Origin: Vicugna vicugna
Taxonomy: Eukaryota
Assembly: GCA_013265495.1 (NCBI GenBank)
Contig: MU058687.1
Location: forward strand, 3,536,001-3,600,000
DNA length: 64,000 bases
Reading direction: 5' to 3'
Shown in pieces: positions 1 through 12,702 of the stretch. The notes under the pieces are model-generated. The model saw only the letters and a list, made by a program, of their open reading frames with translations. It had not been told where the DNA came from and did no database searches. Made by a program: the position numbers and the translations under genes. The stretch's first letter is position 1. Each line of letters opens with the position of its first letter.

Positions 1-302
1 AGTATTCCATTGTATAAATATACTACAACTTCTTTATCCAGTCATCTGTTGATGGACATTTAGGTTATTAAGGGATAAATTGGGAGTTTGATTTTCAGAT
101 ACTGACTACTATATATAAAATAGATAAACAAGAAGTTTTGCATACATAGCACAGGGAACAGTATTCAATATTTTGTAGTAACCTATAATGAAAAAGAATA
201 TGAAAATTAATATATGTGTGTATATGTATGACTGAACTATTATGCTGTACACCAGAAACTGACACAATATGGTAAACTAACTATACTTCAATTAAAAAAA
301 AA
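1..302. mobile_element. Young L1 3' end with 5' inversion (1-67 antisense, about 71-302 sense with A tail)
   Basis: 1-67 nearly matches the minus-strand L1 at about 2390-2457; 71-302 matches the sense L1 3' end at about 47042-47280 and ends ctatacttcaatt(A)n. Confidence 0.85.
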
Positions 303-1315
303 TGGGTGTATACTGAGTTGTTGCTATAGCTAAGGGAAGCCCAAATAAGTCCAAACCTTTGGAAAACACACAGAATGTCTCCCAGAATTGTCTGTTTTGG
401 TAGGAAGGAAGGCTGGGGCATTTGTTAATGAAGCTTGTCCTGCATTGGTCAAGGTTGTTCTGGGGTCTTAACTGCCTCCTCCTATATCTTGTAATATAAA
501 AGATACCTAATTGCATGTAAACAAAAAGTATATATGTATATATATACACACAAAAATGTGTATTTGTGTATGTATAGCTACATAAATATTCATGTACAGA
601 TATCAGTAGAGAGGTGTATTCACACACACACACAGGCGATTTTGAATAATGCATAAAATCACTGGGAATAGTGGTTACTTTTGGGTAGGGAGATGGGGTA
701 TTTGGAGGCCTGGACATTTGGTGTGGGAGAGAGCTAATTTTTCAATGTCTAGCTTTTTGTAATAATTACTGTTTTATATGAGTGCATTTTTTTAAAAAAA
801 AACCAATGTTTTAATTTTGTTGAGGTATAACTTACGTTTAATAAAATGTACCTATTTTAAGTGTACAGTTTAATGAGTTTCAATGAACATATACACCCAT
901 TTAACCACCACTACAAAAGAGATATAGAACATTTCCAATGAGCTGCCAATTGGCTTTTTGAAGTCAGTCCACTCCTCTCACCCTAGGTAAACACTGATCT
1001 GCTTTGTGTCACCTTTAATCTGTCTTTTCTAGAGTTTCTATAAATAAAGTCATACACTATGTACTTTTTTTGTGATGGGCTTATTTTGTGCAGTATAATG
1101 TTTTTGAGAATTATCCATTTTTTATGTCAATAGTTTGTTCTTTGTTATTGCTGAGTAGTATTCCACTGTAGTGATATGACAATTTTTTTACCATTCACTT
1201 TTTGATGGACTTGTGGGTTGTGTCTGGCTTTGAGTTTTTATGAATAAAAGTTATCATGAAAAAGTCACAAACACTTACAACAAGGCTTTGTGCAGATATA
1301 TATTTTAATTTTTAT

Positions 1316-1479
1316 ACCACTCTGGTAATTTTTTTTTAAAGTTTTTATTTTTTTGTTTGTTTTACTTTTGTGGGGGAGGTTATTAGGTTTATTTATTTTT
1401 AATGGAGGTACTGAGAATTGAACCCAGGACCTCGTGCATGCTGAGCAGCTCACTCTACCACTGAGCTATACCCTCCCCC
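1316..1479 (-). mobile_element. tRNA-derived SINE (camelid vic-1-like)
   Basis: Minus strand GGGGGAGGGTATAGCTCAGTGGTAGAG...GGGTTCAATTCTC (A and B boxes), A-rich tail, TSD ttttaatttttat 1303-1315 / ttttagtttttat 1480-1492. Confidence 0.9.
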
Positions 1480-1954
1480 TTTTAGTTTTTATTGTGTAAA
1501 TACCTCGGGGGTTGCAGGGTCATGTAGTAAGTGAATATTTATTAAAAAATTGCCAAAGTTTCCTAAAGTGCTATATTATTTTGCATATCTACCAACAAAG
1601 TAGGGAATTTCCAGTTGTTCCACATCCTTGCAGTACTTGGTATTATTTCTTTTTTTAATTTTAGCTATTCTAGTGGGTGATAGTAATATCTTTTGGTTTT
1701 AATTTGCATTTCCCCAATGAAGTGGAGCATATTTTCATTTGCACGTTTGCCATTTATATTTCTTTTGTGAATTGTCTGTTCAAAATTTTTGCCTATTTTT
1801 AACTGAGTTAATATCTCAGTATTATAAAGAGTTCTTTATGTAATCCAAATACAAACCTTTTGTTAAATGTATGTATTGCATATATCTTTTTCTTGTCAAT
1901 GGCCATACCCCACCCCACTTTTTTTTTAAATGCTGTCTTTCAAAATTTAGGAAG

Positions 1955-2481
1955 ATTTATTTATTTTTTATTGAAGTAAAGTTGGTTTACAATGTTGTGT
2001 TAATTTCTGGTGTACAGTGTAGTGATTCATTTATGCATATATATATATTCTTTTTCAGTATAGTCCATTATAAGATATCAAATATATATACAGTAGGACC
2101 TTGCTGTTTATCTATTTTATACATAGTAGTTAGCATCTGCAAATGCCAAAATTCTGTTTATCCATGCCCACCCCTTTCCTTCCTGGTAACCATAAGTTTG
2201 TTTTCTGTCTGTGAGTCTGTCTCTGTTTTGTAAGTAAGTTCATTTGTGTCTTTTTTTTTTTGATTCCACATATAAGTGATACAGTATGGTATTTTCCTTT
2301 TTTTCTTGGCTTACTTGAGTTACAATGACAATCTTCAGGTCCATTCACATTGCTGCAAATGGCATTATTTTATTCTTTTTTATGGCTGAGTAGTATTCCA
2401 TTGTATAAAAATAGCACAACTTCTTTATCCAGTCATCTGTTGATGGACATTTAGGTTGTTTCCATGTCTTGGCTATTGTAA
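1955..2481 (-). mobile_element. Young 5'-truncated L1 (3' UTR and ORF2 end)
   Basis: Collinear with the copy at 26684-27793; T-rich tail at the left end. Confidence 0.9.
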
Positions 2482-2509
2482 GGTAGTGGGAAGCTTTAAT
2501 TTTGATATA

Positions 2510-3025
2510 CAGTCAGCCCTCCATATCTTCAGATTCTGCATTAGCAGATTTCAACCAACTGTAGAAGGAAAATATATATTTTTTAAATTACAGAAATTTC
2601 CAAAATACAAAATTTGAGGGCACAGGCAACTAATTGCATAGTTTTTACATTGTATTTACAACTGTTTACATAGCATTTACATGTATTACATGTATTACAT
2701 TGTATTAGATATTATAAGTGATTAGAGATGTTTTAAAGTATTCAGGAGAATGTTTATAGGTTATATGCAAATATTACACTATTTTATATAAGGGATTTGA
2801 GCATCTTTTTTTTAACATTTTTTTAATTGAGTTATAGTCATTTTACAATGTTGTGTCAAATTCCAGTGTAGAGCATGATTTTTCAGTTATACATGAACAT
2901 ACATATATTCATTGTCACACTTTTTTTTTGCTGTGAGGTACCACAAGATCTTGTATGTATTTCCAGATTTTGGTACCCACAGTGGGTCCTGGAAACTATT
3001 CTCCCATGATACTAACAGATGACTA
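2510..3025. mobile_element. Tigger3-like non-autonomous DNA transposon interrupted by an L1 3' fragment (about 2806-2963)
   Basis: TA-cagtcagccctcc...gatgacta-TA ends; internal ggttatatgcaaatattacactattttatataaggga. Confidence 0.8.
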
Positions 3026-3878
3026 TAGTATAGTGTATTAGTTTTTTTTCCTTTTGGAGTGTATACTTTTTGTGTATTATCTAAGAACTCTTTGCCTATA
3101 CAAGGGTCATAACATTTTTCTTTTATGTTTCCTTCTAGAAGTTTTTAGTTTAGCATTTACATTTAGGCTAATGATCTATTTTAGATTAATTTTTGCTTAT
3201 AGTGTAAGGCAATGTTCAAAGTTTATTTTCTTCCTGGGATATTCAATTATGTTAGCAACATTTGTGGAAAATCCTTTCGCATTGGATTACTTTGGCATTT
3301 TTTGTCAAAAATTAATTGACGATATATGAGTGGGTCTATTTCTGGACCCTTTATTCTGTTTCATTGATCTACATGTCTGTCCCATATTAATAACACACCG
3401 TCTTTATTATTTTAGCTTTATGGTAAATCTTAAAATAGTGTAGTTCTCACACTGTTTTAGGATGTGGTGTAGGAGGTAGTCCAAGTCTTCCAGCTTTGTT
3501 CTTCTTTTTCAGAGTTGTGTGGCTATTTTATTTTTATTATTTTTAACATTTTTCATTGAGTTATAGTCAGTTTGGCTATTTTAAATCCTTAACATTTACA
3601 TACAAATTTTATTATCAGTTCATCAATTTCTATTAAGAAAAGACTTAGTGGCATTGTGATTGAGATTACGTTAAATCCCAATACATCAGGGAATACTGAC
3701 ATCTCAGTAACATTGTGCCTTCCAATCCATAAACATTGTATATATCCTCATATATTTAGGTCTTCTTTAATTTTTTTCAATAATTATTTTGTCATTTTCA
3801 GTGTGGAGGTTTAGCATATATTTTGTTAAATTTATCCACAACTGTTTTGTGTCTTTTGATGCTGTCACAAATGATATT

Positions 3879-4424
3879 TGTGGTAACCAGCCTCCAGATT
3901 GGCCCCCAATGCTCCTTCCCTCCTGGTATTCATGCCTTTTTATAGTCTCCCCTGCAACACACACACACACACACACACACATACATTATACCAGGGTTGG
4001 TCTGTGTGACCAATAGAATATGGCAAAGTGATGGAATGCCACTTCTGAGAGTAGGTAGTAAAAGATGTCATGGCTTCTCCCTTGCTTTCTCTTGGACTAC
4101 TTGCTCTGGAAGATATGGGAACAGCTCTTTTGGAAGGTCTAATGTGAAGGCCAGATACCATCATAAGTGAGGAACTGAGGCCTCCACCAACAAGATGTGA
4201 ATGAATGATCTTAGAAGTGGATCCTCCAGACCCAGTCAAGCCTTCAGATGAGAGCAGCCTTGGCCAACATCTTGATTGCAACCTCCTGAGAGACCCTGAA
4301 CTGGACCACCTGGTGAACCTACTCCCAGATTCCAGGCTCTTTGAAATTGTGTGGGGTAACAAGTGTTTGTTGATTCAAGCTGCTAACCTGGTCATTTGTT
4401 ATGTAGCAATTGAGAACTAATACA
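3879..4424 (+). mobile_element. MaLR solo LTR (MLT1E/F-like) containing a (CA)n microsatellite
   Basis: TG...CA ends, 3' end atgtagcaattgagaactaataca, 5-bp TSD atatt/gtatt. Confidence 0.85.
3957..3981. repeat. (CA)n microsatellite
   Basis: Seen directly. Confidence 0.95.
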
Positions 4425-4849
4425 GTATTTTAAAAAATTAATAGTATCTATTTTATTTTAACTTCTAATTCTTTGTTTCTAGCATTTAGAAATCCTATTT
4501 TAAAAAAATATAGACCTTGTATCCTGTATCCTTCCTAAAAACAGCTCTTTGACAGATATTTTAGGCCTTTCTACAGAAGCAAGCATGTCATCTGTGACAA
4601 AGTATTGCTTCTTTTCAAATCTGGATGCTTTTTATTTATTCTACTGCCTTATTAACCTGGTAGGACTTTAAGGATAATGTTGAATAAAATAGTGAGAGCA
4701 GATATTCCTGCCTTGTTCTTGATCTTAAGGGGAAAGCCATTTAGTCATTCACTGTAAGTATGATGTTAGCTGTCGGTTTTTCAGAGATGCCCTTTGTCAG
4801 GCTGAGGACGTTTTCATCTGTTCTTAAGTTACTGAGAGGTTTTAAATTT

Positions 4850-6140
4850 TTTTCCCCTCAATTTTCTGTCATCAATACTAGATGTATAGTTTTATTATAG
4901 TAACAAATAGTTGTTACAGTGACATCTATACACATACAGAATTACATTTAAATTCACATAGAACAATATTACATTTTAAGTTGTACTTGAAATTAGAAGA
5001 TGAAGTATAGCTTAAGCTTTACAACAAAGAAAAGAAAAATAAATGAGATAAAAATAGAGTTAGCAGTAAAAATAAAACTGTCCGTTCTTGTACAACATTT
5101 GGAAACTTTTTGTCAGAAAGCTGCATCTTCTTAATCCGATTATCTAAGCCATTAAAATATGTGTGGCTCAGTGTTATTTTGCCAGAAATTTGTTTAATAG
5201 GATCATAAACTAATGTTTTGAAAGGAAATCCAAGACATTTTTCAACCAAGTTTTTGTCATGGGGTGCTAGACTTCCTAGTTTCCGTATGGGAAATGTATT
5301 CTTATAGCCTTGTAAAGAATCTGCTTCTGGCCACACTTCATTATTGGGGATGCCCAAAGCTCTGAAAATTTGGGAGAGTTGATCAACTTCCAAATCCCCA
5401 TGGAAAAGAGGCTTGTTAGTTGTTAATTCTGCAAATAGGGTGTCTATACTCCAAATGCCAACTGGAGTTGAATAGTGAGCTGAACCCAGCAGTACTTCTG
5501 GAGGTCTATACCAGAGTGTTACTACCTCATGTATTTATACCCTAATAGGTATTCCAAAAGCTCTGGTAAAGTAAGATCAACTAGTTTAATTGTTCCTTTG
5601 TTATCAACAGATTTTGAGGTTTTAAGACTGTGAGGAGCTCTTCTAGAGTTAACAAAATACAATCCCTTGTAGGATTTGGTACATATAGCTCTTAACAAGT
5701 GAGGAATTCTTGAACAGACCTGGAGGGACAGAATCCAAATATTTCTTGAGATGCAAGGAATTAAAAGATGAAATATAACCTGGTTTCTTGCATAACCACA
5801 TCTTGAAGAGTGACTGTATTTAGTTGACAAAGTTCTTCTAAAAGAGAAATCTTTTGAATTGCAGTACTGAAAGGGTTCCTTTTTACTTTCTAGTCTGATT
5901 TTCTTCATGGCTACCACTTGACCTGCAGTTTTGTGTCTCCCTTTATACATAACTCTGTAGATACCTTCTCTACCTTTATCTATTTTGGTATAATCTTCTG
6001 TAATTACTCAGTAGGAATGGTAGATCCTGGCTTATTATTCTGTGATGGTCATGGGTGGGGTTGGGGCTGTTGGAGAAGTGGTGGAGGCAGTGGTGCAGCT
6101 ACCATATCTGTGTTACTTTTTCCTCAAATTCCAAGAGCAC
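4850..6140 (-). pseudogene. CDK1: CDK1 processed pseudogene (5' UTR, disrupted CDS about 6001-5121, 3' UTR with AATAAA)
   Basis: Intronless. Translates to [57 protein letters not shown] and [12 protein letters not shown], matching CDK1. Start ATG reads ACA, stop TAG reads CAG, frameshifts near PSTAIRE, HRD and DFG. Confidence 0.96.
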
Positions 6141-8317
6141 TTATTATGAGTAATTTTCTAATAATCTTTCTAAGTCTGAGATAATTACGTATTTTTTCTT
6201 TTTTGTTTTGTTAATATGGTGAATTACATTTGATTGATATTTGAACTAGCCTTGCATTCCTGAGATAAAGTCCACATGGTCATCATTTATGAAAATACTT
6301 GATTGTTTTTGAAAATATTTGATGAATGATTTTCTATTATTTGAAGCATACCTGCATTTCATCTGAGAGAGAGACCGGGAGACTCTGCTCCCATTGACTA
6401 ATGTTGGGATCACAGTGGTTCCTTGGTGCTTGAAATAAGTGGGTAAGTGGGTTTTTATAATCCTCTGAGATCCTTGGGGGAAGTGTCCAGACTGAGACAT
6501 GTGAGAATCTTGGTAGACTGTTGGGAATTTCCTGCCCCCTTGAATCAGTATATTTGTTCAATCAAAATTCAACTTTAATTTGGAGGAGAAGCTGAAAACT
6601 GGAATAGTGAGTAGAAGAATAGAGAAGGAGGACTGCTGGTAGAAACCTCAAAATAGGGAGAATATTGAGATACTGACTACCCTAAAATGACAATTATTCA
6701 CTACTGAAATCATGGCTCTTATGGATCAGAGTCACATCTTTAGGATCATTTTACAGGATTCCTTTAACTGCACATTCTACTTTCCTGAGAAGAGTTTTTA
6801 AATTGCATGTTGTCCTCCATCTCCTTAAGTTTTCAGTGACACACCAGCACCCAGTGATGCTTTAGCATACCTTTGCTTATGCGTTGGTGCTCCATGCAGC
6901 TACCTGGCAGGCCCACTCCCTAACCTTCCTCTTAGTGCTTTGAGCTCAGCAGGGATTGGATCAGAATTTGTTGAAAGTTCAGTGTCCCCTTCTTTGAGAC
7001 TCTAGGGAGATGGGTATGAAATATGATAACTTATTTTCACTCAAGAGCATTAAGCCCAGGAGAAACCTTTCTTGGCCTGCCTCAAAGGCTGGGATGAGTG
7101 TCTGTATGTTATGAGTAGGGAGACTGAGACATTGGATTCTGAAAAGGAAACTTTCAGTGAATGAAATCATAGGAAAGAATCTGGGTGACTCCATCAAGTC
7201 CCAAACAGCTGCCAACTTCTCAAGGTTAACACGCTGAGAAGGGCTAGAACCACTTGGCTTTCTGTTTCTTTCCCAGGGGTATGGATCTTGGAGTCTGTGA
7301 AAATAGCTGGTGAGCAGAGCAGAGCAATGTAGTCTTTCTTTCTCTATCTTCTGTCTCGTTTTTCATTCTCTCTCCCCATCCCGTTCTAACCTAGACTGGG
7401 ACAATCAGATGACAGAAGAGTTCTACTTTAAAACAAGTGCACTCAGGTATTTATAGTAAGGAAATGGACTGAATGAGCCAGCTGCTAAAAATAGGTCTGA
7501 CTTAATCCATTCAGGAAGATTGTGGCCCAATGCATTTAGGGATAAAATAAATCAATTCAGATCTAATATTTAGAAAACATATCCCAGATTAGAATGGTTG
7601 GCCTCTTGTGAGAAATGCTAGATTTTTTCCAAATTGGCATTGATGGTGGGGATAGGCTTTTCAGGCAAAAGGCTTGACTCAGCCTGGACATCAGAATATC
7701 TTCTCAAGTTTGTTCTAATTTTCCTCCAGAAAAATTGGTCTATGTTCTCTAAGCTTTGCACTTCATATATTTCAGTGGAGCTTCCTGAATCTATAAGGGA
7801 GGTTTGAAGCTCTGACTTCTTGCTGGGGAATACTAACTCTCTTATCAATTGTATAGTAGATACTTGTTCAATTTTCCCACATGGGTAAGTTCTTTAAATG
7901 AATGAACACATGCACAGCATTTATTGAGCACTTACTGAGTGCCATGCACCATGCTAGGCTCTTTTCATGCCGTTTTATTTAGACCTCACTATAACCCTGG
8001 CATAGGCTATGCTTTTTGCTGATACACAAACTAAGGCTCAGCTAGGATTCTCCAAAGCCATGTTGCTTGTGAATAGCAGATTGAGATTTGAACTCATATC
8101 TAACACAGAGAATAAATATGGAGTCTTGCAGTATTTTTGTAGTCCTCTTGGAATTTTATTCTGGGCTGTGCACGTATAGGCCTTCAATTAGTGTTTATTT
8201 ATGGTAAAGGCTTTCTTGATTACATCTCTCATTATCCTTTCCTCCTTTGAGTTCAGTAGCCTCCTTGTACCATTCAATTTCATATCTACTTTATGTTATC
8301 TTATATCATCCATCCAT

Positions 8318-9389
8318 TGTTAGGAATGTGTTAAGTTGCAAGGATAAAAACCTCAACCAATGTGATGGTTAAAAAAAATCTTTGCAAGTTCTTTGATACT
8401 CCTCCCATTGAGAACTGGCAGCTGTGTCTCCTCTGCTTGAATCTGGTGACTGCTTCAGCTGAGTACTGCAGAAATAAGACTGTGATTCCCACACGAGAAT
8501 GGGTCATAAAAAGCCATGCAACTTCAGTCCCAGGTCTCTCGGAATGCTTACTCTCAGAACTAGCCATTGTGTGTGAAAAGCCTAAGCCATGTAGAGAGGC
8601 CACATGTGTAGGCACTTGGTCAGCAGTCCCATCTGAGTCCAGTCTTTGGCCATCCCAGCCTGGGTACCAGACACATGAGTAAAGAGGCTCTCTTGGAAGT
8701 GAATTCTCTAGATACAGCTGTTCTAGTTCCTGGGTGTTTGAGTTACTTTCCTGATTGAATTTTCTCAGTAAAGGCCCCCGACATCATGGACTAGAGATAG
8801 ATCATTCCAGATGGACCCTGTCTGATTTCCTGTGAGCTTAATAAAATGATTTTTTTTTAATGTTACTAAGCTTTAGAGTCTCTAGTTACACAGAAAGAGT
8901 AACCTGGACATCCAATTAGCTCTGGTTTACAGCAATGGAAACATGTGTATATATGTATTTAATGTAGTGAGAGGTCTAGAGGTTGGCCCTTTGATGGCAT
9001 TAGTTCACTGCTCAGCTATGCTGTCAGGGACCCAGGATCTTTTCATATGTCCATGTTGCCATCCTTAGTATGTTGCCTTTTGTCCTCATACTTGTTGCCT
9101 CATAGTTTTGGCATAAATACTGTAGCTCCAGGCATTGCATCAGCATTCAAGTTAGGAAGAAGAAAGGACAGGCAGAGCTAGCCTTATCTATATGGTTTTA
9201 CTAGGAAGGCAAAAGCTTTCCTAGAAACTGCTGTGTCATCACTTACATCTCATGAGCTTGAATTTGGAAGGTCGGCTGAAAAAATGAGTATTTACCTGGC
9301 ATATGGCTGTCCTAAACACAGTCTGAATTTGCTTAGCAAGGACACCAGGGAGCATGAGCACCATGTGGGCAACACCAGTGTCTGCCACA
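8318..9389. mobile_element. Old MLT1J-like LTR interrupted by a younger MLT1 LTR (8361-8910)
   Basis: Inner element TG...CA with 5-bp TSD accaa/tccaa; outer element ends gtgtctgccaca. Confidence 0.75.
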
Positions 9390-9581
9390 TACCTCAGTTG
9401 CTTTGCATCATTTTTTTCTGGCTGGTTCGACTAGATGGTGAGTTATTGAAAACAGAGACAATGGTGATTACTTCTCTGGAATGCTTCTTAGCATCCATTA
9501 TAGCACTGAGAATGTCATTTCTGTTTACTATGTTTACTTACTGAAGAAAGAAGAGAAGAATAGGGAGGAGGTTTTCTAGAG

Positions 9582-10700
9582 CAGAGTGCTTTTTTTCCTT
9601 GCATATCCCCTGAAAAAATGTTGAGAGACGATGTACCCTCTTGTACATTTTTAACTTGATATCTGCAGGTTTTCATGATAACTTATGAGATAATAAATGA
9701 CAATGTAATTTTTGGCATATAGTAAATACTGACATTTTAAAATAAACCTTTACATTGCTCTTTATAAAGTTTCCAGTCTAAACACCATAATGGTTTGATA
9801 CTACTACCTTCTGTTTAAAAATGCACAAGCTTTTCTTTAGTAGCCAGAAAATTTTACATCATTTCTTTTCCTCCTTGAACTTATATTTTCATTTCACTTT
9901 CCCCACAGGATTTTATCCTAATGTAACGTATTTTTATGCCTGAAAGTTTTTTTTATTGATTTTTGTGTCATACTTCTCTGCAACAAAAACATACATGTAA
10001 AATGAAATAGCATTTTAAAACATGTCATGTGACTGAAAGTCTTTTAAGTATTAAAACATTTCTTCTGGATTGAATTATTAAAATTATTATACTATGTCTT
10101 TGAGAAAAACAGCATAAATATAGTATACATTTTGATATGGAATTATTAGAACAAGTGAAATTCATCGAAGTGCATCTACTGTTAGGTGGATAGGATTTAA
10201 AAAAATTGGATCATGTATCTCTGGGCAAATATTACGTATTGCTTGATTGAGACAGTTTGACGTCAATTGCAAGTCTATTTTTCGTTTATTAAGACATAAG
10301 TGCTGATGGATGTTAACTAGACTTACTGTGGTGATCTTTCTGTAATATGTACAGATATTGAATCACTATGTTATACACCTGAAACTAGTATAATGCTGTA
10401 TCTCAATTTTAAAAAAGGTAAAAATGCTGAAAATTTTCCCATAAGTAAATGGAAATGTAAGGAATATTGTTACATTTGATTATCTGAACTACTTCCAAGT
10501 CGTATATTAAAAATTACATAGTGATCTATCATCAAAAATTATTTCTAATTATAAGCTGATAGCCCAGTTAGATCCTCCTTTGATTATGTGGGAAACACTT
10601 GAGTTGGAAAAGAATTTGCAACCAGTTATATGAATTGTTCACTTGCAAATACATTTTTTACCCTATCATTAGAGACATTCACAAACTCAGTATTTCTATT
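9582..10700. mobile_element. AT-rich hAT-Charlie-like DNA transposon remnant with a short L1 3' insertion (about 10305-10420, plus)
   Basis: Composition and start resemble Charlie elements; inner gatggatgttaactagacttactgtggtgat...tacacctgaaac is an L1 3' end. Confidence 0.5.
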
Positions 10701-11369
10701 TACTCCTTGGTTGGAGCCTTGGAGGTTTGTACTCCAGTACTTACATCATAGTGAGATTTGGGATGAGTGAGCATTGTGCTTTTCTTTTGGTAAGTGGGAG
10801 GAGGGCTACTATGAAAAAGAGGATGGGAAGATGGGGAGGGAGAAGTTGCCTTATGCCCCAGCTGCAGGCAGGTCAATTTTAGAAGAGACTGTAGGAAAAC
10901 TGAGGATTTGAAAATTGATACTCATCAATCTACCCATGTCCCCAACCAAGTGTGCTTGTACCCACCAAGAGCAGAGGTACCCCAACTTGAACAGCTGTTC
11001 CAAAGGCTGTTAGAATTCATAGAGATGTTATCACTCTTGGAGAGGACAGATTTGCTTGAGTTTCCCTTCAGGCATATTGTTTCTCTCTTAATGAAGTGCT
11101 TTGTCTGGTGCCTTATTGGTACCATCTCACTGAGTCCTAAGAACAATCTTAAGAGGGAGTAATCATTCTCTCTACTTTGCAGGTGAGGTTACAGGGGTTA
11201 AGAGAGGTAGCAGCCATCAGGTACCAAAACTGGGATTCAGACCCAGGGTGATGGGTTTACAAAGCCTGAGCTTGGCTCTGGGCACAGTGAGCACAGCTCT
11301 CCACATGAGCTGTTGCCTGGACTGCTGTTACTTTTATCTTTGTTTTCTCCTTGGCAAATTTCTCTAAAG

Positions 11370-11492
11370 CAGTGGTTCTCAAATCTAGGTGTCTGGGTCC
11401 CACCTCCAGAATTTCGCATTCAGCAGGTCTGGGTGAAGCCAAGAATCTGCATTTCTAACAAGTTTCCAGGCCTGGGAACTTACTTCTCTAAA
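11370..11492. mobile_element. MER5A-like hAT MITE
   Basis: cagtggttctcaaa...aagaatctgcatttctaacaag. Confidence 0.75.
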
Positions 11493-12702
11493 GCATGTCC
11501 AGCCTCATGGGAGAGGTTCCCATTTCTAACATATTTAGGGACTGACACTTCTTCCTTTAAATTTCTTTTAGAGTTGAGGTTTTTGCTTGACTAGAAGTAG
11601 GTATATATAAAATGCACATTTCATAGATATTTCAGTGCCTGAAACAACTTTGGAAAAACTTGTGCTGCAGGAATTTTGCTGGAGATTTTTTGGGTGATAC
11701 TGCCCATGGACATGGCTTCATCAGGGGAAATTGTATTTCCATACTTTTATTTATTTGTATATACTTTGCACACGAAGTTCTTCTGTGTCTTTGCCAAGTA
11801 GTTCTTTCTGTCCACTTGGAATGTCCTTTCCTTCATTCTTCACCTATTGGTTCAGTCCTCAAGACTCATTAAAGATAGTGTCTTCTCTCTGAAATTTGCT
11901 GGGTAAGTGCCCCTTCGCTGAACATCTCTAGCCTGACATAGCATTCTACAGGCATGATCTTGCTTACCCGTTCTCTCTCCCATTGGTTGATAAGTTCAAT
12001 ACTCGTTAAGTGCTCAGTAAATAATAATAATAAGCTAACATCTAGTGAGGATTTACTATCTACTAGACATTTGCTTAACACCTTACATTTACTATTTTAT
12101 TAAATCCTTACAACAATGAGGTGTAGATACTGCTGTCATCCCTGTTTCATAGTTGAGGAAACTGAGGCACAGAAAGTAACTTAGCCAAGGGCACCTAGCC
12201 ATTCAGGGGCATTTCCTTATTGAAATGGAATAAGTCTCTGTGGCCTAGACTGACTCTTTGGCTTGCAGCCCCCAAATACTGATCTGTCAGCCCATGAAGC
12301 TCATTGACATTAAGGCACATAATTTATATGGAGATGATGCCAGTCCACTGATTTGTGTGGCGAGAGATGCCAAAGGGAATGGACACTCTGGGCAGTGTAT
12401 TCTCTCTCTTATGGCAGGTTTCCAGGAAGCCAAGGTACAAGCCTCCATTTAACTAGCCAGCACAACATCTCAGACCAGGGGAGTTAGTGACACTGGTCCA
12501 GTCTGCAGTGGCCTCAGGTTAACACGATTCATTTCTGCAACAAGGATATTGTTGGGAGCAATAGGGCAAGTCCTGGGGCACTGTTGCTTTGTGGATAAGA
12601 GCAGAGATTCTGCAGCCAGAGGGTTCAAATTCCAGCTCTGCCACTTACTAGCTATGTGACGTTGGGCAAGTTACTCATCTGAACAAGATGTTGATAATAG
12701 TG

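Larger units (their letters stand above)
805..6340 (-). mobile_element. Old L1M (L1MC/L1ME-like) remnant broken by later insertions
   Basis: T-rich antisense L1 motifs (gtgtacagtttaatgag, gggtctatttctggaccc, ccttgttcttgatcttaaggggaaagc, ccttgcattcctgagataaa) resume collinearly after each insertion. Confidence 0.75.

Noticed and set aside
1400..1479. tRNA-Ala-like sequence (also about 29860-29939 and 63790-63865)
   Set aside because: A tails, TSDs and divergence indicate SINEs, not tRNA genes
5019..5950. ORFs of 124 and 142 aa with kinase-like pieces
   Set aside because: Frameshifted fragments of the CDK1 pseudogene; catalytic motifs are destroyed
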